Assembly (NCBI GenBank): GCA_963595925.1
Contig: CAVBJM010000005.1
Coordinates: forward strand, 22,060 to 86,059
Direction: 5' to 3'
Source: a bacterium
GTDB lineage: Bacteria > Bacteroidota > Bacteroidia > Bacteroidales > Bacteroidaceae
Length of the DNA: 64,000 bases
Shown: positions 9,189 through 20,200 of the stretch, piece after piece
Layout: each line of letters starts with the position of its first letter
Position numbering within the stretch: position 1 is the stretch's first letter
Translations under genes and position numbers: made by a program
Notes under the pieces: generated by a model
What the model saw: only the letters and a program-made list of their open reading frames with translations
Database searches by the model: none
What the model was told of the DNA's origin: nothing

Positions 9189-9878
9189 ATGAAACATACC
9201 ATCCTGTATATATTGTCGCTCTGCCTGTTGGCTTCCTGCCAACAAGCGGAAGAGCCGCAAGCGGTAGCCGGAACGGGCTACCTGTCTATCGCCTCGATAG
9301 AAGTGAGCGGCACCGATGTAGTGCCTGTAAAATCGCGCGCTGTAGACTCGGACTTAGCCATCGAGATAGAAAAGGCCGACGGTACTGCCGTGGTCAGCTA
9401 CGATGCCGGAGCGGCAGAGGCTTCGGCCAAGATAGAGCTGGACGCAGGCGACTATGTACTGAAAGCGCACACCGCAAACTACAGACAGACGTGGGATGCC
9501 ACCACCAAGGGCGATGCTGTGTATTATGCAGAACAGCCGTTCACCATCGTTGCGGAAAAGGTGAACTACCTCTCCCTATCCGTCCCGATGACCAACGTGG
9601 GTGTACACCTAACCATGCCCGAAGGCATCGGCCAATGGTTCAAGAACTGCAGCCTCGTGGCCACGATAGGCGACCGTAGCGTCACCTTGCAAGACGGCGA
9701 GACGGCCTACTACCCCTTGCCCGACAGTGCGGTCCCCGTAGAGTTGACCTACACGCTCTCCGCCACCAATACGGACGATGAGTCCGTGACTCAAGCCGGC
9801 TGCTACTCCGGCGTAACGGCCGGTACGGTGTACGAAATCACCTATTCGTTCGCCTCCCGCTCCTTCGTATTGCAGTAA
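9189..9878 (+). CDS. Short DUF4493-like lipoprotein
   Basis: Lipobox LLASC; GYLSI strand; KSR|A; GDYVLKA and VYYAE motifs like the paralogues. Confidence 0.7.
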   Translation: MKHTILYILSLCLLASCQQAEEPQAVAGTGYLSIASIEVSGTDVVPVKSRAVDSDLAIEIEKADGTAVVSYDAGAAEASAKIELDAGDYVLKAHTANYRQTWDATTKGDAVYYAEQPFTIVAEKVNYLSLSVPMTNVGVHLTMPEGIGQWFKNCSLVATIGDRSVTLQDGETAYYPLPDSAVPVELTYTLSATNTDDESVTQAGCYSGVTAGTVYEITYSFASRSFVLQ

Positions 9879-9928
9879 AAAAGGAACGGGTCAAGAGAGA
9901 GCATCCTCCTCCTGACCCGTTTCTTTTT
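9877..9928. terminator. Bidirectional intrinsic terminator
   Basis: aaaaaaggaacgggtca ... tgacccgtttcttttt between convergent genes. Confidence 0.8.
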
Positions 9929-9946
9929 CGGTTCACACTACGTGAG

Positions 9947-10879
9947 CTATTTCACCCAGACACGTACATAGTCGAAGTAAGCGGCAGTCAGTTCGGAGTC
10001 GGCAGGCTCGTCCCGGAAATTGCCCTGACCGCTAAACGTAGCCACGGTAGACAGATACAGATACTCTCCCACACGCGGAATCCATTTCGTGTCACTGAAA
10101 GTAGCCTTCAGTTGGCCGTCGTAGTAAATCTTTATCACGCTCTCGTCCCAAAGCATTCCCCACGTATGGTAGCCCTGATGCACTCCGGGAGTGGCGTAAC
10201 GGTAATTCTTCTCTTGATGGTCGGTCTGATAGCCGTCAATGTGAATGGTGGAGATAACCTCTTCGGTGGTATAGGCCGATTCGTAGATGTCTATCTCGGC
10301 TCCGTCATTCCCCGTGCCGTCTACGTGCCCCATGTTGTTGCTCTGCAACCAGAATGCGGTGAGCGGCGTTTTCTGAATGTCGGCGTTCTTGATGCGAGCC
10401 TCAGCATATCCGTACTTCATGGCGTACTTTCCGTTGGAATAAACCGAGCTGCAATAACACACATCGGAGCCTACCTTTGTAACTTTCAGCACCAAGTTCC
10501 CGTCTTTCTCTTCCACATTCTGCGGTTTGAAAAACCACTCCTTGATGCCCAGATTGTCGCGTTTTCCGCGCGATTCGTCCTTTATCACCCACTTGTCGGT
10601 ATTCACTATGCCGTCGTTGAACTCATCGCTGAAAGAGAGTTTCCAACCCGAACCGATGCCGTTGTTGACCGGCAGGGCGTCTTTCGGCGTATCGGAGTCA
10701 ATGAACTTCGGGTCGATGACGGTTTCCGAAGACCCGCCGTCGGAGGAAGACGCTCCCCCGGTGTCGGAAGGTTGTTCCGACTGTCCGGGAGTGTCGCTTC
10801 CACAAGCTACAAAAGAAAAACCTGACATCACACAGGCCAGCAATAATATGCTCATAACTACTGTCTGTTTCATAATCAA
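9947..10879 (-). CDS. Glycoside hydrolase family 16 lipoprotein
   Basis: FSDEF, YGYAEARI, AFWL and catalytic EIDIYE motifs, C-terminal DYVRVW; lipobox FVAC plus Ser/Gly/Pro linker. Confidence 0.9.
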   Translation of the reverse strand: MIMKQTVVMSILLLACVMSGFSFVACGSDTPGQSEQPSDTGGASSSDGGSSETVIDPKFIDSDTPKDALPVNNGIGSGWKLSFSDEFNDGIVNTDKWVIKDESRGKRDNLGIKEWFFKPQNVEEKDGNLVLKVTKVGSDVCYCSSVYSNGKYAMKYGYAEARIKNADIQKTPLTAFWLQSNNMGHVDGTGNDGAEIDIYESAYTTEEVISTIHIDGYQTDHQEKNYRYATPGVHQGYHTWGMLWDESVIKIYYDGQLKATFSDTKWIPRVGEYLYLSTVATFSGQGNFRDEPADSELTAAYFDYVRVWVK

Positions 10880-10886
10880 ACCGGCT

Positions 10887-12551
10887 TTAGTCCCAACCCG
10901 GGTTTTGCTTCAGGTTATGGTTCTTGAACAATTGGGTATTGGCAATCGGGTAGAAATAAAGCTTGTCGCTGATACTTCTCGATTCCAACTTTGTTTTCTG
11001 ATAAGTCAGCGTTCCGTTCTCCTTCGTAATCTTTACCGCATAGATGTCTTTCGACTCATCCAAGTCCTTCCAACGGCGGAGATCCCAGAAGCGTTGTCCC
11101 TCGAACGCCATTTCTACCCGGCGCTCGTGCTTCACGGCTTTCAGGAATGCGCTGGCATCGCATGTGCCCAATGCCGGCATACCGGCACGGGTGCGCACGG
11201 AGTTCAGCGCCGAAAGAGCCGATAGCGGACAGTCGGTAGTCGTGGCCGTACAGTCGCCTGTGGCGTTTATCATGGCCTCGGCGTAGTTCAGGAGCACCTC
11301 GGCGTAACGGAACAGAATCCAGTTGTGATGCGTGGCGGCAGTTGTACTTCCGGCTTCAAAACTGATGCTGTTATCTAAATATTTGCGCAGATAATATCCC
11401 GTAGTGGTAGCGTTGGTCAGCGGAAGGCCGTTGGCTCCTCCCTCGCTGATATCTACCGCCGTCTTGGCTGGCCATGCCATGCCGTTGTGTACAACGGTCA
11501 GGTAGAAGCGCGGGTCACGATTGGCGTAAGGATTGGCTTTCATCGTGGCGTTGCTCCAGTCGAACGGTGTACCGTCGCTCATTTCATAAGCGCTTACCAA
11601 GTTCTCGGTGGGACAAGTAGTCGTCTTTCCACCAGTTACTCCCATCGGATAGTTAGCCTGTTCAAAAGTCTTGCTGGTTCCTGTGGGACGCACCAACAGC
11701 ACTTCCTTGCTGGAGTAGTTCTTGGCGTTGAACAGATTGGCGTATTTGCTATCCAAGCCGATTCCCAGTTCTGAACTGTTCCCTATCAGTTCGTAGGCTG
11801 CCCGGGCAGCTTCGATCCACTTCGAGGCGTCGTTCGACGTGTTATACAGCGGACTGGCAGCATACAGGGCGGCACGCGCTTTCAGCGCCAAAGCTACGGC
11901 ACGGGTGATACGTCCGTTTTCCTTATCGGGCACGCTGTTATACGTTATCGGCAGCTTCTCTGCCACAGCCGTACATTCATCGATGATGAACTTCAGCACC
12001 TCTTGAGCCGATGAAGGCACGGCAGCGTTGGCCTCATCCTGCGTCATCACCTTCGTTACGAGGGGAATGTTCTGATAACGGCGTACCAGCTCGAAATGGA
12101 AGTAAGCGCGCAGGAAACGCACCTCGTACTGATAGTTGGTATAGGTCGTTATCCAAGAATCGTAATTCTGCGTGTTCTTCCACGTGCCGAAATCCAGATT
12201 CAGCATATTCTCCAGATAATAGTTCGCATCATGGATGCCGTTGTAATAGTTATCGAACTGGTCGTCAGCGGTATAGTTGGCCGACCAGGTACCGTTTACG
12301 AACCGCTGGATGTTGGACGATTCGTAGATGTGTATGGCATCGTCGGTAGCGGCATCCAGCATGGCTCCGCTCGTTCCGCAGAAGTCGGAAGGCAGATAAC
12401 CGTAAACGTTGGTGACGAATTGTTTCACCCGGTTGTAACTGCCTTGAATCTCTTCCAACGAATAGTTGTCCGACTCATCACAGTCCATGAAGTTGCATGA
12501 AGCAAGCAGTCCGGCGGAAACAAACAATATAGTTAGGTTCTTTAATTTCAT
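10887..12551 (-). CDS. susD: SusD/RagB family lipoprotein
   Basis: Lipobox LLASC; RFLRAYFHFEL, RYAEVLLNYAEA, ERRVEMAFEGQRFWDLRRW, QNPGW. Confidence 0.93.
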   Translation of the reverse strand: MKLKNLTILFVSAGLLASCNFMDCDESDNYSLEEIQGSYNRVKQFVTNVYGYLPSDFCGTSGAMLDAATDDAIHIYESSNIQRFVNGTWSANYTADDQFDNYYNGIHDANYYLENMLNLDFGTWKNTQNYDSWITTYTNYQYEVRFLRAYFHFELVRRYQNIPLVTKVMTQDEANAAVPSSAQEVLKFIIDECTAVAEKLPITYNSVPDKENGRITRAVALALKARAALYAASPLYNTSNDASKWIEAARAAYELIGNSSELGIGLDSKYANLFNAKNYSSKEVLLVRPTGTSKTFEQANYPMGVTGGKTTTCPTENLVSAYEMSDGTPFDWSNATMKANPYANRDPRFYLTVVHNGMAWPAKTAVDISEGGANGLPLTNATTTGYYLRKYLDNSISFEAGSTTAATHHNWILFRYAEVLLNYAEAMINATGDCTATTTDCPLSALSALNSVRTRAGMPALGTCDASAFLKAVKHERRVEMAFEGQRFWDLRRWKDLDESKDIYAVKITKENGTLTYQKTKLESRSISDKLYFYPIANTQLFKNHNLKQNPGWD

Positions 12552-12564
12552 ACGGTTGCAGTTT

Positions 12565-15345
12565 TTAGAAAGATACGTTAAAACCAAATGTGTACTGTGT
12601 CATGGTGGGGTAAGTAGCTCCTATGGCTTCCGGATCGCGGAGGTCAATATTGTCGATGCAGAACAAGTCGTTGGCACGGGCGAATACCTTGGCGCCGCCT
12701 AAGAACTTGGCCTTCGCAAGCAGTTTCTGCGGGAACTTGTAGTAAACTTCCAGCGTTCTGCACTTCAGATACGAAGCGTTTGCCACCCACAGCGAGTTGG
12801 TGTTATAGTTGTTGGCCGAACCCGAATAGGTCAGGCGAGGCAACGTTCCGTTCGGATTGGTTTCGCTCCAGCGGTTTTCCCAATAATAAGTAGAGATGGT
12901 ATTGTTGCTTACTATCGGGCGGTAAATACTGGCCGTATTCAGCAACTTGCTGTAGTGTCCCACACCTTGAAACTGAGCGTACACGCCGAAGCCCTTATAC
13001 TCGCCGCCCAAGTCGAAAGCGTAGTATATTTCGGGACAAGTGGCACTGTAGCCCAAAGCTACCTGGTCGTAAGAATCGATGCGTCCGTCACCGTTCTGGT
13101 CCTTAAACATCAGGTCGCCAGGCTTCACGTCGCTCAGGTATTGCTTTACCTCGCGGTTGTCTATCTCTTCCTGCGACTTGTAGATGCCTACCACTTCGTA
13201 TCCGTAGTTTACGCCCAGCGAGTTTCCGGTACGCTTCAGGTAATCGTACGGGCGGTACTCTTCATTCTGGTTCACAATCTTGTTTTTGGCAAACGAGAAC
13301 TGTCCGCCGATGTGGTAGGTAAAGCCGCCCACCTTATCATCCCAAGTCAAAGCCGCTTCCACACCACGGTTATCTATCACTCCATCGTTGGCGTAAGGAA
13401 CCGTCATACCGAAAACGCCCGAAACCGTTCCCGATGCCGATACCAGAATATCGGTACGATGATCGTAGAACGCATCAAACGTAACGCCTAACTTGTTCCA
13501 AGCCTGGAAGTCGATACCGGCATTGAACTTATGCGACTTTTCGTAAGTCAGTCCACTTACTCCCAACTGCGTATATTTCATACCCGAATAAGAGGCAGGT
13601 ACTTTCGACTCGGGATGCAGGAAATACGATTTGCCCGAACCATACAAGTTCTGGTATAGGTTCACCGAGAAGTCGGCGCGTCCTACCACCCCGTACGAAG
13701 CTCTAACCTTGAACAGATTCAGCCAGTCGCTCTTCATGAAGTCTTCTTCCGACAATATCCAGCCTGCGCCTACAGCCGGGAATATGCCCCAGCGATGTCC
13801 CGGTTCCAAGATGCTGGAAGCCGAACCGTTCAGCGAGAAATCTATCAAGTATCGGTCGTTGTAAGCGTAGTGCGCACTGCCTATAATATCCATATAAGCC
13901 CGTCCGGTATTCATGTCTTTGGCCGTCTTTTTATCCAGCGAGTAAAGCAAGGTAGCCTTCAAGTTATGCTTGTTCCACCGTTTCTGGTAATCGGTATAGA
14001 CTTCGAAAGAGAATTTCGTCACGGCCGAACCTACGCTCTTTGAGAAACTCAGCGCCGTTTCGTTTTGCAGCGTGGTGAACGTCTCATCACCGGTAGCCAA
14101 ATCGATGGTTCCCGACTCGATGAGCGGCTTCATCGAATTGTTGTCCCAGAAAGAGGCCGTGTTATCCAAACTCAACCGAGCGCCAGCCGACCATCCAGGC
14201 AGAATAGCCGACAAGTCCTGACGCAGATTCAGGTCGGCGTAAACGGCACGCGTCTGCGAGCGGGCATATCCCGTTCCGGCTATCAAGGCCACGGGATTGT
14301 TCATATAGGTGGTTGTTCCGGCGTACACGTCGCGTTTTGTCTTCACCGGGATAGCTCCCGCCGGCATTTGGTAAATGGCAGCGAATATATTGTCGGTGCT
14401 GGTGCTCGGACGGTTATGTTCCGAGAAGTTGGCCATCAAGTTTAGTTGCACGGTCGTAGTCTTCGACAAGTCGATATCCAAGTTAGTACGGACGTTTACG
14501 CGCGAATACTTCAGCTGTGTGGAATATCCATCGGTTTCTTCCGTAGGTTTCAGGATACCTCGGTTGTCGAGAAAGTTCAGCACGGTATAATAGCGCACAT
14601 ACTTGCCTCCGCCACGAGCGGAGAACGTAACGTTGTCGCCGTAGCTTCGGTTGCGCAAACTCTCATTTACCCAGTCCACATTCGGATAATAGTACGGGTT
14701 TGTGTTGTCGCGAAAAGCGTTCAGTTCGTCTTGCGTGTAGCGTACGTCCAGTCCGTCGTTCTTCATACCTTCGTTCAACGCCTGCGCATAGGTGTATCCG
14801 TCTACCATTTGCGGCAAGCGTATGGGAGTTCCCATGTTGAACTCATACGAGAAGTTGATTCTTGGGGCGCCGGATCCTCCACGTTTCGTCTTTACCAGAA
14901 TCACGCCGTTCGCGCCACGGATACCGTAAAGCGCCGTAGCCGTAGCGTCTTTCAGCACACTAACCGACTCAATCTCTTCCGAGCTCAACTCGTTGATGGC
15001 ACGTTCTACGCCGTCTACCAGCACCAGCGGGCTCTTGTCGTTCGTCGTTCCCAGTCCACGCACGTACAGGGTAGCGTTACTTTCCCAAGCCGTACCTCCG
15101 TTCTGCAGCACGGTAAGTCCCGGAAGCATACCAAAGAGTTGGTTCGACGGCTTGATGCTGTTCTTATGCGAGAGCGCATCCGCCTGCACGGTAGAGACGG
15201 ATCCCGTCCCCTCTTTCACGTCGTAGGATACATCCCTTCCGAGATCCACGACCTTTCTGTCGGTGGTCGGTGAACTTTGCTGCGCCATTGCGCCGACGCC
15301 GCACAGCAATCCGGCCAAAATGATATTTAATTTTCTATTTGTCAT
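12565..15345 (-). CDS. susC: SusC/RagA TonB-dependent transporter, short N-terminus
   Basis: LKDATATALYGIRGANGVILVKTKRG plug motif; terminal FNVSF; lacks the usual N-terminal carboxypeptidase-like domain. Confidence 0.93.
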   Translation of the reverse strand: MTNRKLNIILAGLLCGVGAMAQQSSPTTDRKVVDLGRDVSYDVKEGTGSVSTVQADALSHKNSIKPSNQLFGMLPGLTVLQNGGTAWESNATLYVRGLGTTNDKSPLVLVDGVERAINELSSEEIESVSVLKDATATALYGIRGANGVILVKTKRGGSGAPRINFSYEFNMGTPIRLPQMVDGYTYAQALNEGMKNDGLDVRYTQDELNAFRDNTNPYYYPNVDWVNESLRNRSYGDNVTFSARGGGKYVRYYTVLNFLDNRGILKPTEETDGYSTQLKYSRVNVRTNLDIDLSKTTTVQLNLMANFSEHNRPSTSTDNIFAAIYQMPAGAIPVKTKRDVYAGTTTYMNNPVALIAGTGYARSQTRAVYADLNLRQDLSAILPGWSAGARLSLDNTASFWDNNSMKPLIESGTIDLATGDETFTTLQNETALSFSKSVGSAVTKFSFEVYTDYQKRWNKHNLKATLLYSLDKKTAKDMNTGRAYMDIIGSAHYAYNDRYLIDFSLNGSASSILEPGHRWGIFPAVGAGWILSEEDFMKSDWLNLFKVRASYGVVGRADFSVNLYQNLYGSGKSYFLHPESKVPASYSGMKYTQLGVSGLTYEKSHKFNAGIDFQAWNKLGVTFDAFYDHRTDILVSASGTVSGVFGMTVPYANDGVIDNRGVEAALTWDDKVGGFTYHIGGQFSFAKNKIVNQNEEYRPYDYLKRTGNSLGVNYGYEVVGIYKSQEEIDNREVKQYLSDVKPGDLMFKDQNGDGRIDSYDQVALGYSATCPEIYYAFDLGGEYKGFGVYAQFQGVGHYSKLLNTASIYRPIVSNNTISTYYWENRWSETNPNGTLPRLTYSGSANNYNTNSLWVANASYLKCRTLEVYYKFPQKLLAKAKFLGGAKVFARANDLFCIDNIDLRDPEAIGATYPTMTQYTFGFNVSF

Positions 15346-15379
15346 AGTTCTTTTATTTCATCAGTTAAGAATCGTAGTC

Positions 15380-17236
15380 TTATTCCCATCCCGGATTCTG
15401 AATCAAACCGTATTGCTTGTTCACTTCGCTCATCGGGAACGCGCTCAGATAATAGCTGGGCGAGAATCCGTTCCACCAAGCGCGCTTGCGGTTTGTTCCT
15501 TCGAAACTGAACGGCACGCATTTGTAAGCGCCCGTATTCTTGTTTTTGTACACGTGAAGGCCGTGTACGGGCGATTCGAAGATATCGGAACGTTTCCAGC
15601 GTATCAGGTCAAAGAAACGCACTTCCTCGTAGCCAAATTCGCAGGCACGTTCACGAAGCAAGGCTGCACGGAACTGCTCTTGGTTCAATCCGGTTTTTAG
15701 GTCACCCAGTCCCACGCGGTGGCGTACCTCGTTCACACACTCGTAAGCCTTGGCGTTGGGGCCGCCGTTGTACTCGTTCAGCGCTTCGGCATAGGTCAGA
15801 TACAGCTCGGCAATGCGCAGGTGAGGCCACTGAATGATGTGGTTGCTGTATTCCGAGTTGCGGTCCAAACCGAATTTACGGCATACCAGTCCCGTACGGC
15901 AGCTCAGGGTGTGAATGTCGCCGGTAGCCCAGTCTTTCCCCTTCGGATAGTTGGTCTTGTCACTCGAAAGTTCTTCGGTTACCTGAGCGGTTCTACCGTT
16001 GAAGATGTCGCCGTCTACGATGAAGTTCTCATACAGACGCGGGTCGCGGTTGGTAAACGGATGGGTGGCTTCCTCCTCGTTGTTCCAGTCGAAGTCGTCT
16101 CCGTTTGCCATCGGGAACATATCGAAGAACTCTTTCGTGGGGCAATAGCCTCCCCAGCGGAGCGCATTCCAAAACATCAGCGTGTTAGTCCAACGCTTGA
16201 AGTCGAAGATGCCGCGGTGTACCGTTATCAAGGTTTCGGTAGTGCCTCTATCCAAATAAGCCGAACGGTAAGCGTGACGATAGTCGCCTTCGGCCACGTC
16301 TTCTTTCTGTACCAAGCGGAAGTAACCGTTTGCGCTCAGGGCGTTGAAGAAGTCTTCACAGGCGTCTATGGCTAGCTTCCAGCGGTTTTTGTCGTATCCG
16401 CCGAACCAAGTCATCTTCTTTTCGGCCGCTTCGCCTTCGGCATAGGGCTGGTCGCTGTTGAACAAGGGGCTGGCAGCGAACAGCAGCAGACGGGCTTTCA
16501 GCGCATAGGCTCCAGCCTTACATACACGTCCGTCCCACTGGGCCTCTTCCTCTTCGGAGATGCGCCAAGGGAACTGCGGGCAGGCGATGGCCTCGTCTAG
16601 CAATCCCAGCGTAAAGTCCAGCGTTTTCTGCAGGGTAGCGCGCGCCGGCATAGCGTCTTCAGCGTCCAGCGCATGGTCTATGATAGGCAATGCACCGTAG
16701 TGACGGAACATGTGGGCGTAGTAGATGGCTACCAACATTTTGGCTTCAGCTTTCATGCGTTCCTTTTCGGCCTGGTCCATATCGGGCACCTGGTCTACGT
16801 TAGCAACGAACAGCCAAGCGTTACGGATGGCCGACCACATGTGGCTTTCGCTATTGTTGAAACGGATTTTGGTTCTCTGCTTGACATTGCTGGCCACATT
16901 CTCCTTGCTGGAGTCGTACTTTCCGTCGTAATACACGACCTGTACGGCCGAGTAGCCCACGTTGTCGCAGTTCAGGTCGGTCAGACCTTCGATATTTCCC
17001 AAATAGATGGTAGTGTAATAGCCACTGGTTTCCAGTCCGTAAGGCAGATATTGATAAGTGTACCACAATACACGCTTGGCGTACTCGGCTGTAGAGAACA
17101 CGGTATCGATGGTAACGTCGGTACTGGGCGGCTTCTGCAGGAACTTATTTCCGAAAGCCAAGTCTTCGCACGACCAGTTAATCATGAGTCCCAGCGCCAA
17201 CAAGATGACGTGAAAATGTTTTTTTATCTTTTTCAT
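15380..17236 (-). CDS. susD: SusD/RagB family lipoprotein
   Basis: Lipobox NWSC; RIAELYLTYAEA, ERACEFGYEEVRFFDLIRW, QNPGW. Confidence 0.93.
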   Translation of the reverse strand: MKKIKKHFHVILLALGLMINWSCEDLAFGNKFLQKPPSTDVTIDTVFSTAEYAKRVLWYTYQYLPYGLETSGYYTTIYLGNIEGLTDLNCDNVGYSAVQVVYYDGKYDSSKENVASNVKQRTKIRFNNSESHMWSAIRNAWLFVANVDQVPDMDQAEKERMKAEAKMLVAIYYAHMFRHYGALPIIDHALDAEDAMPARATLQKTLDFTLGLLDEAIACPQFPWRISEEEEAQWDGRVCKAGAYALKARLLLFAASPLFNSDQPYAEGEAAEKKMTWFGGYDKNRWKLAIDACEDFFNALSANGYFRLVQKEDVAEGDYRHAYRSAYLDRGTTETLITVHRGIFDFKRWTNTLMFWNALRWGGYCPTKEFFDMFPMANGDDFDWNNEEEATHPFTNRDPRLYENFIVDGDIFNGRTAQVTEELSSDKTNYPKGKDWATGDIHTLSCRTGLVCRKFGLDRNSEYSNHIIQWPHLRIAELYLTYAEALNEYNGGPNAKAYECVNEVRHRVGLGDLKTGLNQEQFRAALLRERACEFGYEEVRFFDLIRWKRSDIFESPVHGLHVYKNKNTGAYKCVPFSFEGTNRKRAWWNGFSPSYYLSAFPMSEVNKQYGLIQNPGWE

Positions 17237-17251
17237 AATAAGTATGTGCTA

Positions 17252-20200
17252 TTAGAATCCAATCTTTAAACCGATATTCATCACTTTTATAAGCGGATAA
17301 GTACGTCCGGAAGCGTTCGTCTCGGGATCACAGAAGTCAAGCTCGCTAAACGTAAGCAGGTTGTAGCCAGAAACCGAGAGACGGAGCGAACCCAATTTCA
17401 GTTTTGACACCAAATCTTTCGGGAACGAATATCCCAACTCAATGTTCTTCAGACGAACGTAAGAGGCGTTACGCAACCACAAATCGGAGTCCTGATAGTT
17501 ATTGGCCGTACTACCTACCACCGAGATGGCGGGAGCTTTCGCCGAATTTCCTTTTTCGGGAGTCCAAGCGTCTTCTATCATGTACTTCATGAGCGAGTAG
17601 GTACCCATGTCGCCAAAGGGATAGCGGTAGATGCTGCTCACCAAACGGGAAGTCTTAAACGCTCCAGACCAAGTCATGCTAAAGTCGAAGCCTTTCCACG
17701 AGAATCCGGCCTGTACATTGCCGGTAAGCAACGGATAGGTGGGATAGCCGATGGCCGACTTGTCGTTGGCGTCGATTTTTCCGTCACCGTTCAAGTCTTT
17801 GTACTTCACGTCGCCCGCTACGGGCACGAAGCCGTCACCGTGACTCGGTATTTCCTTGCCTTTCAGGGTCTCGTAGTTCGCCGCGTCTTCTTCGGAGAAG
17901 AAACCGTCGGTAATGTAACCGAACTGCTGTCCTACGGGACGGCCGGTAGACTGCATCCATTCATACGGCTGCGGAATTTCGTCTTGCTCGATAATGGTGT
18001 TCTTGGCATACGCCCACGATGTGCCGATGTGGTAGCGTACGCCTCTCCGCTTTTCTTCCCATTTCACGCTTATTTCGTAACCTTTGTTCTTCACCCTACC
18101 CATGTTCACCATCGGGAGGCTGATAGCCAGATAGCCCGGATTGATTTGACGGGAAATCATGATGTCTTTACGGTCTTCGGTAAAGTAGTCGAAGTTCACC
18201 TTCAAACGGCTGTCGAAGAACTGGGCGTCGAATCCGTAGTTGTGCTTGTACGACTTTTCCCACGTTACGTTGGGGTTTCCTTTTTTCGATTCGAGCGCTC
18301 CGGTCACCGAGTTGTTTGTCAATACGCCGAAGCTAGCCGATCCGGAGCTGAGCGTATAGCTGTCGGGCAAGTACAGGAAGCGGGAAGCCGAGGTTTTGTC
18401 GTTACCCACGATACCGTACGAGGCACGCAGCTTCAGGTAGCTGAGGAACGGCTTGAGACCCTTCATGAACTTTTCTTCCGAAATAATCCATCCAATGGAG
18501 CCGGCAGGGAACGTACCGAAGCGTTTGCCTTCGGCATAGTTTTCCGAACCGTTGTAGCCTACGCTGAGGTCTATCAGATAGCGGGTAGCGTAATCGTAGG
18601 TGGCGCGTCCTACCAGTCCCACATACGCGCGGGGGATGCCGGCAAACGAACCGCTTGAGCTGTAATAATACTGCATGGTCTGGTTCCACATGGCCAAGGC
18701 CGTAACGTGGTGCTTGCCGAAATCGCGCTTATAGTTGAAAGCCGCTTCCATGTACCAGTTACGGCTCTGTCCGGTAGACTGCGAATAGCCCAGCGTAGTG
18801 GCTTCCTGCTTCTTGCGCAGGATGGTCTGACCGTCTATCACCACGGGTTCGTACGAATCGAGCTTCCCCTCCCGGCGTTTGGTGTAGGTGATGGCGCTGT
18901 TGTAGGCGGCCTTTACGTGTACACGCAGTCCTTTGGTTAGGAAGTCCAGCTTCTGCTGCAGCATGAGGTCGAAGTTGAGGGTATTCCCGGTAGAGGTGGT
19001 ATAGCCTTTTCCGTAATAAGAGTTGAGGGCGTCGTTGAGGTTTCCGAACGAACCGTTGTTGGTTACGCGCTGTCCGTCTACCAGTCCGGCGCCCGAGAAC
19101 GGGGTGGCCGTATACACATCGCTATACAGGTAAGAGATGTCGGTGTACGTACCGTTGTTATAGTTGGGCTGCGTCTTCGACGATAGGATACCTCCCAAGT
19201 TCACTTTCATCAGCGTGGTTTTAGTCACATCGATGTCCATGTTGATGCGGTAGTTGTAGCGGTTATAGCTGAAGCCCTTGTCGTGTCCGTTGTCGAACGT
19301 CTTGAACAAACCGTCTTGTGTAAACACGCCCAGCGAAGCGAAGTAGCGCGCGCGGTCCGAGCCACCCGAAATGGTCATGTTATGCTGCGTCTGTAAGGCA
19401 GCTTTCTTTATCAGCATGTCGGTCCAGTTCACATCGGGATACAGAAGCGGGTCGCTGTGGGTGCGGAAGGCTTCTACGGCTTCTTCGGAAAACTTCACGG
19501 CACTGGGGTCTACCCCGTTGCGTATCTGCGCCGCATTATAAACAGTGGCGTACGTGTAACTGTCGGCAAACTCGGGGATGTTGGTAGGCATCTGCACCGA
19601 GGCGCTGGTAGAGAAGTTCACTTTGGCCTTTCCCTTTTCGCCGCGCTTAGTAGTGACCAAGATTACGCCGTTGGCGCCACGCACACCGAATACGGCCGTA
19701 GCCGAGGCGTCTTTCAGCACGGTGATGTCTTCTATTTCGTTCGGGTCGAGTTGGTTGAACGAACGTTCCACTCCATCTACCAAACAAAGCGGAGCCGACT
19801 GTGAGGTAGTCAGTGAGCCTACGCCGCGCACGTAAAGCGTAGCGTTATCGGCACCGGGCTGACCACTTGTCTGCACACTGGAAAGTCCCGGAATCTTGCC
19901 GCTCAGGGCGTTGGCGATGCTTCCTACCGGCGACTTGATGATTTCGTCCGACTTGATGGAAGTCAATGCGCCCGTCACCGTAACTTTCTTCATCGTACCG
20001 TAGGCCACGACCTGTACTTCCTGAAGCTCGTTGGCACTTTCGGCCAAGGAGACATCCAGACGAGGCTGACCCTTGTACACGATTTTCTTGTCTTCGTATC
20101 CGATAAAGGACACTTCTACTGTCTGTCCGGGCTTTACCTTGATGGAAAAGTTACCGTCCATGTCTGTAATGGTTCCGACGGATGTTCCTTTCACCCGAAC

